Source of the DNA: Candidatus Eiseniibacteriota bacterium
Lineage (GTDB): Bacteria > Eisenbacteria > RBG-16-71-46 > JABDJR01
Reading direction: 5' to 3'
Length of the DNA stretch: 64,000 nt
Assembly: GCA_963762255.1 (NCBI GenBank)
Contig: CAVXKA010000002.1
Location: forward strand, 896,001 to 960,000
In this document: positions 20,857 through 31,081 of the stretch, in pieces
How positions within the stretch are numbered: the stretch's first letter is position 1
Layout of the letters: each line of letters opens with the position of its first letter
Translations under genes and position numbers: made by a program
Notes under the pieces: generated by a model
What the model was told of the DNA's origin: nothing
Seen by the model: the letters and a program-made list of their open reading frames with translations, nothing else
Database searches by the model: none

Positions 20857-21720
20857 TCAGGTTGCCGCGATTCGGGGGATGAGCGCCTCGATGAATCGGG
20901 TGAAGGTCTCCCGGAGACGCGAAGTCACTTCCATAACCTCGCCGTGGGAAAGGGGCTCCAGCGAGAGGCCGGCGGCCCGGTTGGAGATGCAGGTGACACC
21001 CAACACCTCCATTCCCAGGTGCCTGGCCACGATGACCTCCGGCACGGTGGACATGCCCACGGCGTCTCCCCCGAGGCGACGCGCCATGGCGACCTCGGCC
21101 CGCGTCTCATAGGTGGGTCCGAGGTTCCCCCAGTAGGTGCCGGCCCGCAGCCCGCAGAGCCCTCGTTCCGCGGCAACCTCGAAGCCTATGGCCAGGAGGC
21201 GCTTCGAGAAGGGCTCGGCCAGATCCACGAAACGATCCGCATCCACAAGAGGACCCCGGCCGCGCAGGGGGCTTCGAAACTGGAAGTTCACCTGGTCCTC
21301 GATGAGCATCAGGTCCCCGGGATTCAGGCGTGGGTCGACCCCGCCGGCGGCGTTCGTCACCACCAGCGCGCGCGCGCCGAGGGCATGCATGACGCGCAGC
21401 GGGAAGGTCACCTGGGCCGCCGAGTACCCCTCGTACAGATGGAAGCGCCCCTGTTGGGCGGCGACGGGGACGCCGCCGGTCTGCCCGAGGACGAGCCTGC
21501 CCGCGTGCCCCTCCACCGTGGCAACAGGGAAGCCCGGCAGATCGCGGTAGTCCACAGCGACCGGCGCGGTGAGGGTGTCGGCGAACCCGCCGAGGCCGGA
21601 GCCCAGGATGAGCGCAACGCGTGGGACGACTGGCGTGCGAGCGCGGATCACCTCCACGCACCGGGCGATGTCCGCCGGCGTGAATCCGATGCTGTCCGCA
21701 TCGCGGAATCCGGCGCTCAT
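20857..21720 (-). CDS. punA: Purine-nucleoside phosphorylase (trimeric type)
   Basis: ILGSGLG, GHAG, GRFHLYEG, GPTYET.AE, VGMSTVPE and LSHGEV motifs. Confidence 0.95.
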   Translation of the reverse strand: MSAGFRDADSIGFTPADIARCVEVIRARTPVVPRVALILGSGLGGFADTLTAPVAVDYRDLPGFPVATVEGHAGRLVLGQTGGVPVAAQQGRFHLYEGYSAAQVTFPLRVMHALGARALVVTNAAGGVDPRLNPGDLMLIEDQVNFQFRSPLRGRGPLVDADRFVDLAEPFSKRLLAIGFEVAAERGLCGLRAGTYWGNLGPTYETRAEVAMARRLGGDAVGMSTVPEVIVARHLGMEVLGVTCISNRAAGLSLEPLSHGEVMEVTSRLRETFTRFIEALIPRIAAT

Positions 21721-22343
21721 CGCGCCTCCCGGAGCATGCTCCGCACTTTGGTCACAAGGAGATCGACGGCGACTCGGTTTCGCCCACCCTCGGGAATGAT
21801 GATGTCGGCGTAGCGCTTGGAAGGTTCGATGAACTGGAGATGCATCGGGCGCACGCTCTCTTCGTACTGTTGGAGGATCGATTCCAGGCTTCTCCCCCGC
21901 TCCATCGTGTCCCGGCGGATGCGCCGGATGAGCCGCACGTCGGGGTCGGTGTCGATGAACACCTTGATGTCCATGAGCTTTCGGAGCGCGGGATCCTCCA
22001 ACACGAGGATCCCCTCCAGCATGATGACGCGGTGCCCCTCCACGCGCACCGTCTCCGGCAGGCGGGAGTGGTGGGTGAAATCGTACGTGGGCTTCTCGAT
22101 CGGCTGGCCGCGCAGGAGCGCCTCCATGTGATCGAGGAGAAGCTCGCGGTCGAAAGCGTCGGGATGGTCGAAGTTGAGCTTCGCCCGCTCTTCTATGGTG
22201 AGGCCGGCGAAGTCCTTGTAGTAGGAATCCTGCTCGATCATCACGACCTCTCGCGAACCCAGGTTCTCGATGAGGGTGGATGTGACGAGGGACTTCCCGG
22301 AAGCGGAGCCGCCGGCGATGCCGAGAAGAAGGGGCCCTTCCAT
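21717..22343 (-). CDS. udk: Uridine kinase
   Basis: GIAGGSASGKS, QDSYY, NFDHPDAFD, FIEPSKRYADIIIP. Confidence 0.96.
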   Translation of the reverse strand: MEGPLLLGIAGGSASGKSLVTSTLIENLGSREVVMIEQDSYYKDFAGLTIEERAKLNFDHPDAFDRELLLDHMEALLRGQPIEKPTYDFTHHSRLPETVRVEGHRVIMLEGILVLEDPALRKLMDIKVFIDTDPDVRLIRRIRRDTMERGRSLESILQQYEESVRPMHLQFIEPSKRYADIIIPEGGRNRVAVDLLVTKVRSMLREAR

Positions 22344-22362
22344 GACGTCCTGTCCTGCTTTC

Positions 22363-23499
22363 CTAGAAATGATCCCGCGGCGGGACGAACTCCGGGCCGA
22401 AGGACCGGCCGATGAGTCCGTCCAGCTCGTCCAGGACCTGCGTAAGGAGCGCCACCTTGCGCCGCAGCGGAAGGAAGGCGCTCTTGAATCCGTTGAGCAC
22501 GAGCTTGCGCACGTCCGCGACCCCCAGCCCGAACGCCTCGACGGCCTTGCGGTACTCGCGGGTAATGTCGGTGTCGCTCATGAGGGTGTTGTCCGTGTTG
22601 AGAGTCACCCGGAGCCCCGAATCGTAATACAACCGGAACGGATGGTCCTCAAGGCGCTCCACCACCGCGGTCTGGAGATTGGAAGTGAGGCAGATCTCCA
22701 GAGGGATGCGGTGGTTGTTCACGTAGGCCATGAGGTCGGGATCCTCGTGCAGCCGCGTGCCGTGCCCTATGCGATGCGCCCCCAGCGCGTGCAGAGCCTG
22801 GTGGATGCTCGCCGGACCGTAGCCCTCTCCGGCGTGGCACGTGCAGTTGATGTTGTTCTTGAGGATCTTGTAGAAAGCGCTTCCGTGCTCCTTGGCCGGG
22901 TAGTTGAACTCGGCGCCGGCGAGATCGAACCCCACCACCCCGCTCTTCTTGTACTCGACGCATAGGTCGGCGAGGGCAAGGCTCTTGGCGGGAGACATGC
23001 TGCGGATGCTGCAGATGATGACGCCGGTCAGCACCCCCGTCGCCCGCGTTGCCTCATCGAGGCCGGCCAGCACCGAGTCCAGGATCTCCTGCATGGAGTG
23101 TCCCTTGAGTTCGTGAAGGATGGGCGAGAACCGCACCTCGATGTACCGCACGTTCTCCCGCGCGGCATCCTCCACCAGCTCGCGCGCCACGCGCCGCATG
23201 GCGCCCGGCTCCTGCAGCACGGAGAGCGTGTGCTGGAACGCGTCCAGGTACTCCTCCAACGACTCGCAGGCGTCCCCGCACACGAGGCGGCGGCGCAGCT
23301 CCGGCTCCGTCTCGCGGGCCAGGTCGAGGCTCTGGTCGCGGGCCAGCTCGCGAACGGTGTCGAGACGGACCGAGCCGTCGAGATGGATGTGAAGATCGGT
23401 CTTGGGGATCTCCCGAAGGAAGCTCGGGTGGGAGAGGATCATGGCGGTTTCGCGGCTCCGCTCCCCGGGACCGCTCCGCCCCAGCTCCGGCGCGCTCAT
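22363..23499 (-). CDS. add: Adenosine deaminase
   Basis: PKTDLHIHLDGS, HAGE, RIGHG, NTDN; alternative start 23442. Confidence 0.94.
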   Translation of the reverse strand: MSAPELGRSGPGERSRETAMILSHPSFLREIPKTDLHIHLDGSVRLDTVRELARDQSLDLARETEPELRRRLVCGDACESLEEYLDAFQHTLSVLQEPGAMRRVARELVEDAARENVRYIEVRFSPILHELKGHSMQEILDSVLAGLDEATRATGVLTGVIICSIRSMSPAKSLALADLCVEYKKSGVVGFDLAGAEFNYPAKEHGSAFYKILKNNINCTCHAGEGYGPASIHQALHALGAHRIGHGTRLHEDPDLMAYVNNHRIPLEICLTSNLQTAVVERLEDHPFRLYYDSGLRVTLNTDNTLMSDTDITREYRKAVEAFGLGVADVRKLVLNGFKSAFLPLRRKVALLTQVLDELDGLIGRSFGPEFVPPRDHF

Positions 23500-24855
23500 C
23501 TAGCGGATCTCCGCCCGCGAGAGAAGATCGCGGATCGCTTGCGCTGGCCGCCGCAGGTATTCCTCGGGGTCGAGGTGTGGAAGGCGCCCGCTCGCGACAC
23601 GGATCTCGCCGTCCACGACCACCCAGCGCACGGCGTCGCGCGCCGCGGCGTAGACGATCCGGTCGTAGACCGATACGCCGGGGCCGCCGAAGGTCTGCGG
23701 ACGGTCGAGGTCGAGCACGACCACATCGCCGGCCTTTCCCGCCTCGAGGCTTCCGATCGCGTCATCCCATCCCACCGCCCGCGCGCCATCGATCGTGGCC
23801 ATCTCGAGTGCGGCCATCGCGGAGAGACTTCCCGGACCGCCCTTCAGGCCTTGCAACAGCGCGGCGAGGCGCATCTCCTCCAGCACGTCCATGTCGTTAT
23901 TGCAGGGGGCGCCGTCGCAGCCGATGCCCACCGAGAGGTTGTCCTGCGCGCGCAGGAACGGCAGGTCGGCCACGCCGGATCCCAGCTTCAAGTTGGCCGT
24001 CGGGCAGTGCGCGATCTTGAGCGGTCGTCCGCCCAGCGTCTCCAACTCGGGCTCGCGAAGCCACACCGCGTGGGCGGCGCGCAAGTCAACGTCGAGCACG
24101 CCGGTCGTGCTCAGGAACTCCATCTGCCCCGTGCCCAGCGACGCCCGCACCGCCGCTTCCTCGGCTTCGCTCTCGAGAAGGTGCGTGTGTACGGGCGCGT
24201 CCAGCTCCGCGGCCAGGGCGGCGGTGCGCTCCCAGAGCGCGCGCGAGCAGGAAAGCACGAAGCGCGGGCAGAGGGCGCCGCGGATCCTTCCGTCGGCCTC
24301 TCCGTGCCAGCGGCGATACAGATCGCCCGCCTCCTCGATCGCCCGGTCCGGATCTTCGAGGAGCGCGCTCGGCGCGCCCTCGCCGGTATCCATCAGACAC
24401 TTCCCCGCCACCGCGCGCAGGCCGGAGTCGCGGATCGCGCGAAAGATTCCCTCCATGCCGCGCACCAGGCCGAACTCCTGGATCGTGGTGGTGCCGGAGA
24501 GAAGACAGTCGGCCGCTCCAAGAAGCCCGGATGCGTACGCGGTGTCGTCGGTGTGCGCCGCCTCCAGCGGCCAGATGCGTTCGCGGAGCCAGCTCAGAAG
24601 CGGGCGGTCCTCGGCGAGGCCGCGAAAGAGGGCCTGACCGAGATGCACGTGCGCCTGGATGAACCCGGGCAGGACGAAGAGGCCCTGGGCCTCCAGGAGC
24701 CGCGTGGCAGGCGGCGGGACGATGCCGGGGCCGAGCGCAACGATGCGACCGTCGGTGATGAGGAGATCGCCTTCCAGCACGCGCCGCCCGGGGTCCATCG
24801 TGACCAGGGTGCCGCCGCGGATCAGGAGATGGCGATGGGACCGGGGCAGGGTCAC
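23500..24855 (-). CDS. Amidohydrolase, 5'-deoxyadenosine/MTA-SAH deaminase-like
   Basis: PGFIQAHVHLGQ, HTHLLE, HCPTANLKLGSG, GCDGAPCNN; GTG start overlaps the hpt stop. Confidence 0.85.
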   Translation of the reverse strand: MTLPRSHRHLLIRGGTLVTMDPGRRVLEGDLLITDGRIVALGPGIVPPPATRLLEAQGLFVLPGFIQAHVHLGQALFRGLAEDRPLLSWLRERIWPLEAAHTDDTAYASGLLGAADCLLSGTTTIQEFGLVRGMEGIFRAIRDSGLRAVAGKCLMDTGEGAPSALLEDPDRAIEEAGDLYRRWHGEADGRIRGALCPRFVLSCSRALWERTAALAAELDAPVHTHLLESEAEEAAVRASLGTGQMEFLSTTGVLDVDLRAAHAVWLREPELETLGGRPLKIAHCPTANLKLGSGVADLPFLRAQDNLSVGIGCDGAPCNNDMDVLEEMRLAALLQGLKGGPGSLSAMAALEMATIDGARAVGWDDAIGSLEAGKAGDVVVLDLDRPQTFGGPGVSVYDRIVYAAARDAVRWVVVDGEIRVASGRLPHLDPEEYLRRPAQAIRDLLSRAEIR

Positions 24856-25415
24856 GGCTGGCGGTAGACCTCTTCTTTGAGCACGCCGATGTAAGGCAGG
24901 TTCCGGTAGAGCTGGTTGTAGTCGAGCCCGTAGCCCACCACGAATTCGTTGGGACACTCGAAGCCGACGTACTTCACCGGCACTTCCTCGGCGCGAGCCT
25001 CGCGCTTGTCGAGCAGCGCGCAGATCTCCACCGACTTGGGATGGCGGGTGTAGAGGTTGTCGAGGAGATAGCGCGCGGTGAGGCCGGTGTCGATGATGTC
25101 CTCGACGATCAGGACGTGCCGTCCGTCGATGGGCTGGTTCAGATCCTTGAGGATGCGCACGACTCCCGAGGAGTGGGTGCCGCCGCCGTACGAGGAGACC
25201 GACATGAAGTCGACCTCGAGGTGGGTGTTCATCGAACGCACCAGGTCCGCCATGTAGGGAAAGCACCCGTTCAGGATGCCGACCATCAGAACGCGCCGGT
25301 CCGCGTAGTCGCGAGCGACCTCCGCACCCATGGCCTGAACCTTGGCCCGGACTTGTTCCTCGCTGAAGAGAACCTCTCGCATGTCCGCACCGATACCGTT
25401 TTCCCAAGATTTCAT
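24852..25415 (-). CDS. hpt: Hypoxanthine phosphoribosyltransferase
   Basis: VLIVEDIIDTGLT, EFVVGYGLDY..YRNLPYI. Confidence 0.96.
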   Translation of the reverse strand: MKSWENGIGADMREVLFSEEQVRAKVQAMGAEVARDYADRRVLMVGILNGCFPYMADLVRSMNTHLEVDFMSVSSYGGGTHSSGVVRILKDLNQPIDGRHVLIVEDIIDTGLTARYLLDNLYTRHPKSVEICALLDKREARAEEVPVKYVGFECPNEFVVGYGLDYNQLYRNLPYIGVLKEEVYRQP

Positions 25416-25619
25416 GCTGTGGCGATTCCCCTCTCTCCCGCTGGTTATGGTGCTCCCGGTGGCTTGTCGAGATGCGCGAGGCCGGAGCCCGGGAGGTAGG
25501 ACCGATCGGCGAGCATTCTGCCGCGTCCGCCCCCGGGAGGCAAGGCGCGAAACCGGGACACGCGGCGCCGCTCGGGGGTACCATGCGTGGAAGCTTCGGG
25601 CCGAAGGAGGGATGCGTTT

Positions 25620-26507
25620 ATGAGGTCTCGCGCGATCGCGTTGGTCTTGTTGTTGGCGGCTTGGATTCCCGGCGTTGCGGGGGCCTGGGAGTACCCCGTC
25701 ACCCCCGGCGATCTCACTCCCCCGCTCGAGTTCGTGAAGATGACCATCGTCACGCCGGACTCCGCGAGGCTCGCCACCTGGTACGTGCCGGCGCAGGACA
25801 GCGCGGGGGCGGTGCTCCCCGGTCGCCATCCCGGCGTGCTGGTCCTGCCCGGGGACCGCGACGTAATGGACGAGCGGCTGCACGTCGTTTCGGGACTCGC
25901 CCGCCGAGGCTTCTCGGTGCTCACCTTCGACCACCGCGGGCGCGGCGGCAGCAGCGACTTCTTCATCGACCGCCGCGCGCTCCTCTATCCGGAGTTTCTC
26001 GAGGACGCTCACTCCGCGCTCTTCATCCTGCGGCGCCAGGCCGAAGTGGATACGACGCAGCTCGCTCTCTACGGGGAATCGCGGGGCGCCTACCTCGCGC
26101 TGGCCCTGGCCGGCGAGCGACCGGAGACGCGCGCGGTGGCCGCGATTTCACCCCCGTTCAGTTTCGCCACTTGGCTTCCGGTGCTGGAGCGCGAGGAGCC
26201 GGGCGAGACGTACTTCGTGCCCGACGGATGGAAACGAAAGTGGGATGCCGACAAGGCGGTGGATCGCTTCAACGGCGCGATCCTGTTCGTTGCCGGCGAT
26301 CGCGATCTCACGACGCCGGCCTGGATGGCCGAGGATCTCTTCAAGCGGTATCCGCGGAGCAAGGACCTCTGGATCGTGGAAGGCGCCGGGCACGCCGGGC
26401 CGCAGAGCCCGTCGCGCTTCGCGGGCGAACGCTTCTTCGGGCGCGTGAGCGAGTTCCTGCACCGCGAGCTGGAGCGCCCGCCCCATCGGGGGTGGCCGGA
26501 GCGGTGA
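25620..26507 (+). CDS. Secreted alpha/beta hydrolase
   Basis: GAAGGAGG RBS; signal peptide; GESRG nucleophile elbow, GDRD, GAGH. Confidence 0.85.
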   Translation: MRSRAIALVLLLAAWIPGVAGAWEYPVTPGDLTPPLEFVKMTIVTPDSARLATWYVPAQDSAGAVLPGRHPGVLVLPGDRDVMDERLHVVSGLARRGFSVLTFDHRGRGGSSDFFIDRRALLYPEFLEDAHSALFILRRQAEVDTTQLALYGESRGAYLALALAGERPETRAVAAISPPFSFATWLPVLEREEPGETYFVPDGWKRKWDADKAVDRFNGAILFVAGDRDLTTPAWMAEDLFKRYPRSKDLWIVEGAGHAGPQSPSRFAGERFFGRVSEFLHRELERPPHRGWPER

Positions 26508-26556
26508 CGGAGCGCAGCCGGCCGAAATCTTGGCCGGGCCTTCCCTGGATCCAGGG

Positions 26557-27024
26557 TCAGGGCGCGAGCAGGCGGCGAAGCAACCGAATCTGTCCGGCGT
26601 GGTAGGTCAGATGGGTCAGGAGCCGAAGGATGTAGGCCTGCACGGTGGCGCCGCCGGGCCATCCCTCCGCCGGCGCGGGCCCACCGAGGGCTCGCGGGTC
26701 CATCGTGAGGACCGCGGTCCGCGTCTCGACGCACGCTTCGTCCCACATCGCGAGCACATCCGCCTTCGACGCCCAGGGCTCGGCGGCGAACTCGCGATCG
26801 CGTTCGCGCGCGTAGTCGCTGCCGTAGAGAAGATGGCCGAAGAAGTGCCGGAGGTTGCCGACGAGATGGAGCGCGAGGTTGCCCGGCGAGACCGCGCCCG
26901 GCACCGGGCGCTCCCAGAGACGCGCCTCGGGGACCGCCTCCAGGTCCTCACGCACCGAGACGTGGTAGCGCTCCACCAGATCGGCGACGGTGTTGAGGAA
27001 CTCCTGCTCCTGGCTCTCGACCAT
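26557..27024 (-). CDS. DinB/DUF1572 family protein
   Basis: SPGNLALHLVGNL, RERDREF, HLTYHAGQI. Confidence 0.85.
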   Translation of the reverse strand: MVESQEQEFLNTVADLVERYHVSVREDLEAVPEARLWERPVPGAVSPGNLALHLVGNLRHFFGHLLYGSDYARERDREFAAEPWASKADVLAMWDEACVETRTAVLTMDPRALGGPAPAEGWPGGATVQAYILRLLTHLTYHAGQIRLLRRLLAP

Positions 27025-27025
27025 G

Positions 27026-27298
27026 TCAGATCCCCATGTGGACTTCGTCCACGACGCCAACGATGACGGCCCGCACCGGCGCGTTCGGGTCACCGACCAC
27101 CTGGCGGGCGGAGTTGCCCTCGTCGATCAGGAGCACCAGCTCGCCGGCGCCCGCGTCGACGGAGTCGAGCGCGATCACGTAGCGCCCGTCCGGCGCGAGC
27201 TTCTCGTCCAGGCGATCCACCAGCAGCATGCGTCGCCCCTGATAGAACGGGTGCTGGATCGTGGAGACGACGGTGCCGGTTACTCTGCCGAGGAACAT
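27026..27298 (-). CDS. Microcompartment vertex protein (BMC-P, EutN/CcmL family)
   Basis: MFLGRVTGTVVST...DSVDAGAGE...IVGVVD. Confidence 0.92.
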   Translation of the reverse strand: MFLGRVTGTVVSTIQHPFYQGRRMLLVDRLDEKLAPDGRYVIALDSVDAGAGELVLLIDEGNSARQVVGDPNAPVRAVIVGVVDEVHMGI

Positions 27299-27336
27299 CG
27301 CGAGGTCCCTCCGTCCGGCGACGCGAACACGTTCAC

Positions 27337-27606
27337 CTACTGGTCGCTCACGTCGTCGGCGATGCCGACGATGGCGTGGTCCACGGGCACGAAGGTCTCG
27401 GGCAACGCCATCGCGGCCTCGCGCCCGCCGATGAAATAGACGAGCTCGCCGGGACCGGCCTGCCCGGTGGCGTCGGCGCACACCAGCGGATCGCCCGCGC
27501 TCTTCATCTTGCGGTCGAGCGGCTCCACCATCAGGAGCTTCACCCCTTCGAGCCCTTCGCTCTTGACCGTCGCCACCAGCGTGCCGCGCACCCGCCCGAG
27601 TTGCAT
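27337..27606 (-). CDS. Microcompartment vertex protein (BMC-P, EutN/CcmL family)
   Basis: MQLGRVRGTLVAT...AGPGELV...PVDHAIVGIAD. Confidence 0.92.
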   Translation of the reverse strand: MQLGRVRGTLVATVKSEGLEGVKLLMVEPLDRKMKSAGDPLVCADATGQAGPGELVYFIGGREAAMALPETFVPVDHAIVGIADDVSDQ

Positions 27607-28232
27607 CAGCCTTCGCCCTGGTTCCACTGGGCCGCGAAACGCGTCCCGCCGAAGATGTTCTCGGCCAGTTCGGTATGGAGCCGCGGAATCACAACTTTCT
27701 GCACGAGGTTGCCGCTCTCGATCGCGGAAACGCCGAATTCCACCGCGGCCTCCACGTCGGCCTGCTCGCCGGCAAAGAGCAGAAGCGCCTTCCCGCCCAG
27801 ACCGTTGGCGAGACGAAGCTCCACCAGCGCCACCTGCGCCCCCTTCATACCGGCATCGGCGGCGCGGATCGCGCTCACCGTGGTGCGCGTCTCGATCACG
27901 CCGAGCGTGTCGATGGGATCCTTCGAGCGCTGACCGGCGATGGCGTTGCCCACTGCGGGGTGGATGTCGGGAAGGAACAGGCGATCGATGAGCGCGGGCG
28001 CGCCCGCCTCCACTCCGGCAGCGAGCGATTCCTCGACGCTGGCCACGTCGCCGTCCACCAGCACCAGGTACTTGCCCGGATGAACGCTCCCCGCCACCAG
28101 CGCCCGCACCGGCGCCTTCTTCACCATCGCGTCGGCCGCTCGCATGCCGAGCGCGATGCTCGAGAACTCGAGGAGTCCGAGCGCGGGCACAGTCACCCCG
28201 GGAGCGAGGTCGGCGGCTTCGATCGAGTCCAT
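27606..28232 (-). CDS. Tandem-domain shell protein (BMC-T, PduT-like)
   Basis: Two BMC domains: ALGLLEF..ADAMVKKA and TLGVIET..ADAGMK. Confidence 0.9.
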   Translation of the reverse strand: MDSIEAADLAPGVTVPALGLLEFSSIALGMRAADAMVKKAPVRALVAGSVHPGKYLVLVDGDVASVEESLAAGVEAGAPALIDRLFLPDIHPAVGNAIAGQRSKDPIDTLGVIETRTTVSAIRAADAGMKGAQVALVELRLANGLGGKALLLFAGEQADVEAAVEFGVSAIESGNLVQKVVIPRLHTELAENIFGGTRFAAQWNQGEG

Positions 28233-28242
28233 CGTCCCTTTC

Positions 28243-29679
28243 CTACACGATCCGGAAGCGGTCCACGAGGACGCACCGCCGCCAGCGGGTGAAACTGCGA
28301 GCGCGGGTCATTCCCTCGCCGGTGGGGCTCGCGATCGAGAACGAGGTGAACCCCTCGCCGCCCGCGCCCAGCCCGGCCAGCGACGAGCCGTTCTTGACGA
28401 AGATCGAGCAGTCCATGACCCGGGCCATGCGGCTCAGGGCATCCACGTTCCGCGAGTGCATGACCGCGGTGTGGCGGAAGCCGTGCTCGGCGGCCTTGGC
28501 CAGATCGATAGCCGCGTTCACGTCGCGCACGCGCACCAGCGGCATGACCGGCATCATCTGCTCGGTCCAGACCAGCGGATGATCCTCGGGGACTTCCACC
28601 AGGATCATGCGCACGTCGTCGCCCACCGTGATCCCCATCTCCTTGAGAATGACGGCGGGGATCTTTCCGATGAAGTTCTTGTTGATCACGCCGTGCTGGC
28701 GCGGCCCGCGCATCTCGGTGAAGATCGTCTTCTCGAGCTTCCCGAGCTGCCAGGCGGTGAGTTCCACCGCGCCGGCGGCGATCATCGCCTTCTTCAGGCG
28801 ATCCGCCACCGCGTCCACGCAGATCACTTCCTTCTCCGTGGTGCAGACGATCTGGTTGTCGAAGGATCCGCCTTTGACGATGTCGCGACCGGCGCGCTCG
28901 AAGTCGGCGGTCTCGTCCACCACCACCGGCGGATTACCAGGGCCCGCGCAGATGGCGCGCTTGCCGCTGCCCATCGCCTCTTTCACCACGCCGGGACCGC
29001 CGGTGACGACCAGCAGGTTGACCAGCTTGTGGCGCATGAGTTCCTGCGCGCTCTCGATCGTGGGATTGGCCACACACGTGACGAGGTTGGGCGGCCCGCC
29101 CGCGGCGGTGATCGCCTGATTGATGAGCTGCACCGTCTTGGCCGAGCAGTTCTTGGCGTTGGGATGGGCGTTGAAGACGGCCGCGTTCCCCGCCGAGAGC
29201 ATCCCGATCGCGTTGTTGATGATGGTGGCGGTGGGGTTGGTGGTCGGTGTGATCGCGCCCACCACGCCGAAGGGCGCAAGCTCCAGAAGCGTGAGCCCGT
29301 GGTCGCCGGTGGTGACCAGTGGTTCGAGATCCTCGGGCCCCGGGCTCTTGTTGATGACGAGAAGGTTCTTCTCGACCTTGTCCTCGTAGCGGCCGAGCCC
29401 GGTCTCCTCGCGCGCCATCCAGGAGAGCAGCTCCGCGTTGTGACGCAGCACGACCCGCATCTGGGCGATGATGTCGTAGCGCAGGGCGAGGCTCGACTCA
29501 CAAAGCAAGCGCTGCGCTTCCTTGGCCGCGGTGACCGCGCTCTCCACGCCGGCGAAGATGCCGTCGCTCCCGGGCGCCGGGGGCGGCGGGAGCGGCTTCC
29601 CCTCGGGGGTGTGGCCCGACTTCATCGAGCCCAACACATCCTGCACCGTGCGGCTGATCTCCTCGCGGGAGATGCTCAT
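28243..29679 (-). CDS. CoA-acylating aldehyde dehydrogenase (EutE/PduP family) with N-terminal encapsulation peptide
   Basis: EETGLGR, PTTNPT, VTGGPGVV, AGPGNPP, CTTEK, GGEGFTSFSIASPTGEG; N-terminal REEISRTVQDVL helix plus Pro linker. Confidence 0.94.
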   Translation of the reverse strand: MSISREEISRTVQDVLGSMKSGHTPEGKPLPPPPAPGSDGIFAGVESAVTAAKEAQRLLCESSLALRYDIIAQMRVVLRHNAELLSWMAREETGLGRYEDKVEKNLLVINKSPGPEDLEPLVTTGDHGLTLLELAPFGVVGAITPTTNPTATIINNAIGMLSAGNAAVFNAHPNAKNCSAKTVQLINQAITAAGGPPNLVTCVANPTIESAQELMRHKLVNLLVVTGGPGVVKEAMGSGKRAICAGPGNPPVVVDETADFERAGRDIVKGGSFDNQIVCTTEKEVICVDAVADRLKKAMIAAGAVELTAWQLGKLEKTIFTEMRGPRQHGVINKNFIGKIPAVILKEMGITVGDDVRMILVEVPEDHPLVWTEQMMPVMPLVRVRDVNAAIDLAKAAEHGFRHTAVMHSRNVDALSRMARVMDCSIFVKNGSSLAGLGAGGEGFTSFSIASPTGEGMTRARSFTRWRRCVLVDRFRIV

Positions 29680-29694
29680 CCGCCTCTCCTTCCC

Positions 29695-29991
29695 TTACTC
29701 ATTCGACTTGTCGTAGACACGGCGATCGTCCAGCTCCCAGGTGTCCACGATCGCCATCACGACGGCGTCGCAGGGACGGTCCTTGGTGGACTGGGTCTGG
29801 CGCGCACTGGAGCCGGTGGCGAAGAGGACGACTTCGCCGACCCCCGCCCCCACTGCATCGCTCGCCACCACGAAGCTGCCGGTCTCCTTGGCTTCCGCGG
29901 TGAGCTGGCGCAGGAGCAGGAACTTGAGTCCCTCCATGCTCTCTTCCTTGCGCGAGGCCACCACGGTGCCGACCACCCGGGCCAGTAGCAT
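29695..29991 (-). CDS. Microcompartment vertex protein (BMC-P, EutN/CcmL family)
   Basis: [13 protein letters not shown]...DAVGAGVGE...GSSAR...DAVVMAIVD. Confidence 0.93.
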   Translation of the reverse strand: MLLARVVGTVVASRKEESMEGLKFLLLRQLTAEAKETGSFVVASDAVGAGVGEVVLFATGSSARQTQSTKDRPCDAVVMAIVDTWELDDRRVYDKSNE

Positions 29992-30048
29992 GAGCTTTCC
30001 TCCGCGGACGGGGCCGGGACGCGTGCCCCGACCCCGTTCGGAAGTGCG

Positions 30049-30360
30049 TTACTTGCCGCCCATCTCGGCGCGGGCTTCCTTGCTCCGGCCGAGAGGCAGC
30101 GCGATGTCCACGTTGACGTGCGGCCGCGGAATGGTGTGCGTGCTCACCACCTCGCCCACCTTCTCCGCCCCACGCTTGCCGGCATCCACCGCCGCTTTCA
30201 CCGCGGCCACGTCGCCGCGGACGATGACCGTCACATAGCCCCCGCCGATCTTCTCGTAGGCGACCAACTCCACCTTCGCCGCCTTCACCATGGCGTCGGC
30301 GGCTTCCACCGTCGCGGCGAATCCGCGGGTTTCGATCATGCCCAGCGCTTCTGCCATCAC
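30049..30360 (-). CDS. Hexameric shell protein (BMC-H, EutM/PduA-like)
   Basis: ALGMIETRG...ADAMVKAA...RGDVAAV...IPRPH. Confidence 0.96.
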   Translation of the reverse strand: MMAEALGMIETRGFAATVEAADAMVKAAKVELVAYEKIGGGYVTVIVRGDVAAVKAAVDAGKRGAEKVGEVVSTHTIPRPHVNVDIALPLGRSKEARAEMGGK

Positions 30361-30451
30361 GTCCTCCGTTGCTTCGGGTTATGCGGCCGGGGAGGCGCCT
30401 TCGTCGGGCTTCACGGCCCGCGCGTGCCCCGTCCGGTCTTCTGAAATCGTT

Positions 30452-31081
30452 CTAGGACTCCCGCCCGGTCAACTCCGCGATCGCGGCCTCGGCGGCGCGG
30501 TACCCGACGTCGATGTCGCGCTCCTCACCGCCGAGATAGATGCGGCCGAACGAACCGAACGCGCGCACATCGAGAATGTTGATGTGCGCCGCCTTCTCCG
30601 CCTCGTTGGCGGCGAGCGCCGCGTAGGCCGCGGGCTCCAGCTCCATGACGTATAGGCTATGCCCCGGCACCAGCATGTTGCCGTGGCGCATCCGGTTGAT
30701 GAGCTGGGCCTGGAGCGGATCCACGAGGCGGATCACCTGGCTCGAGAGGACGCGCGGCTTGCGCCGGTCGCTCTCGGTGAGACCGCACGCATCGAGGATC
30801 GCCTGCCCCGCCTGGCGCACTTCGCCCTGCGATTCGGAGTGAACCTCGAGAAGGCCGTACAGGCGCTCGACGATCTGCATGCCGGGAAAAACGTTGGTGC
30901 TCTTCACCGCGATGTCGGTGATGCGGTTGATCTCGATGCCGGGTGAGATCTCCACGTACAGGCACGCTTGGCCGGGCAGCGGCAGGAACCCTCCCGCCAC
31001 CGTGCCCAGGAACGCCGCGTGCTGCGGCTGCAAGCTGTCGAGAAACACGTAGGAGCGCAGGTCGATCTGCGTTTTCGCCAT
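30452..31081 (-). CDS. Permuted double-stacking shell protein (BMC-Tdp, CsoS1D/CcmP-like)
   Basis: [41 protein letters not shown]. Confidence 0.9.
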   Translation of the reverse strand: MAKTQIDLRSYVFLDSLQPQHAAFLGTVAGGFLPLPGQACLYVEISPGIEINRITDIAVKSTNVFPGMQIVERLYGLLEVHSESQGEVRQAGQAILDACGLTESDRRKPRVLSSQVIRLVDPLQAQLINRMRHGNMLVPGHSLYVMELEPAAYAALAANEAEKAAHINILDVRAFGSFGRIYLGGEERDIDVGYRAAEAAIAELTGRES

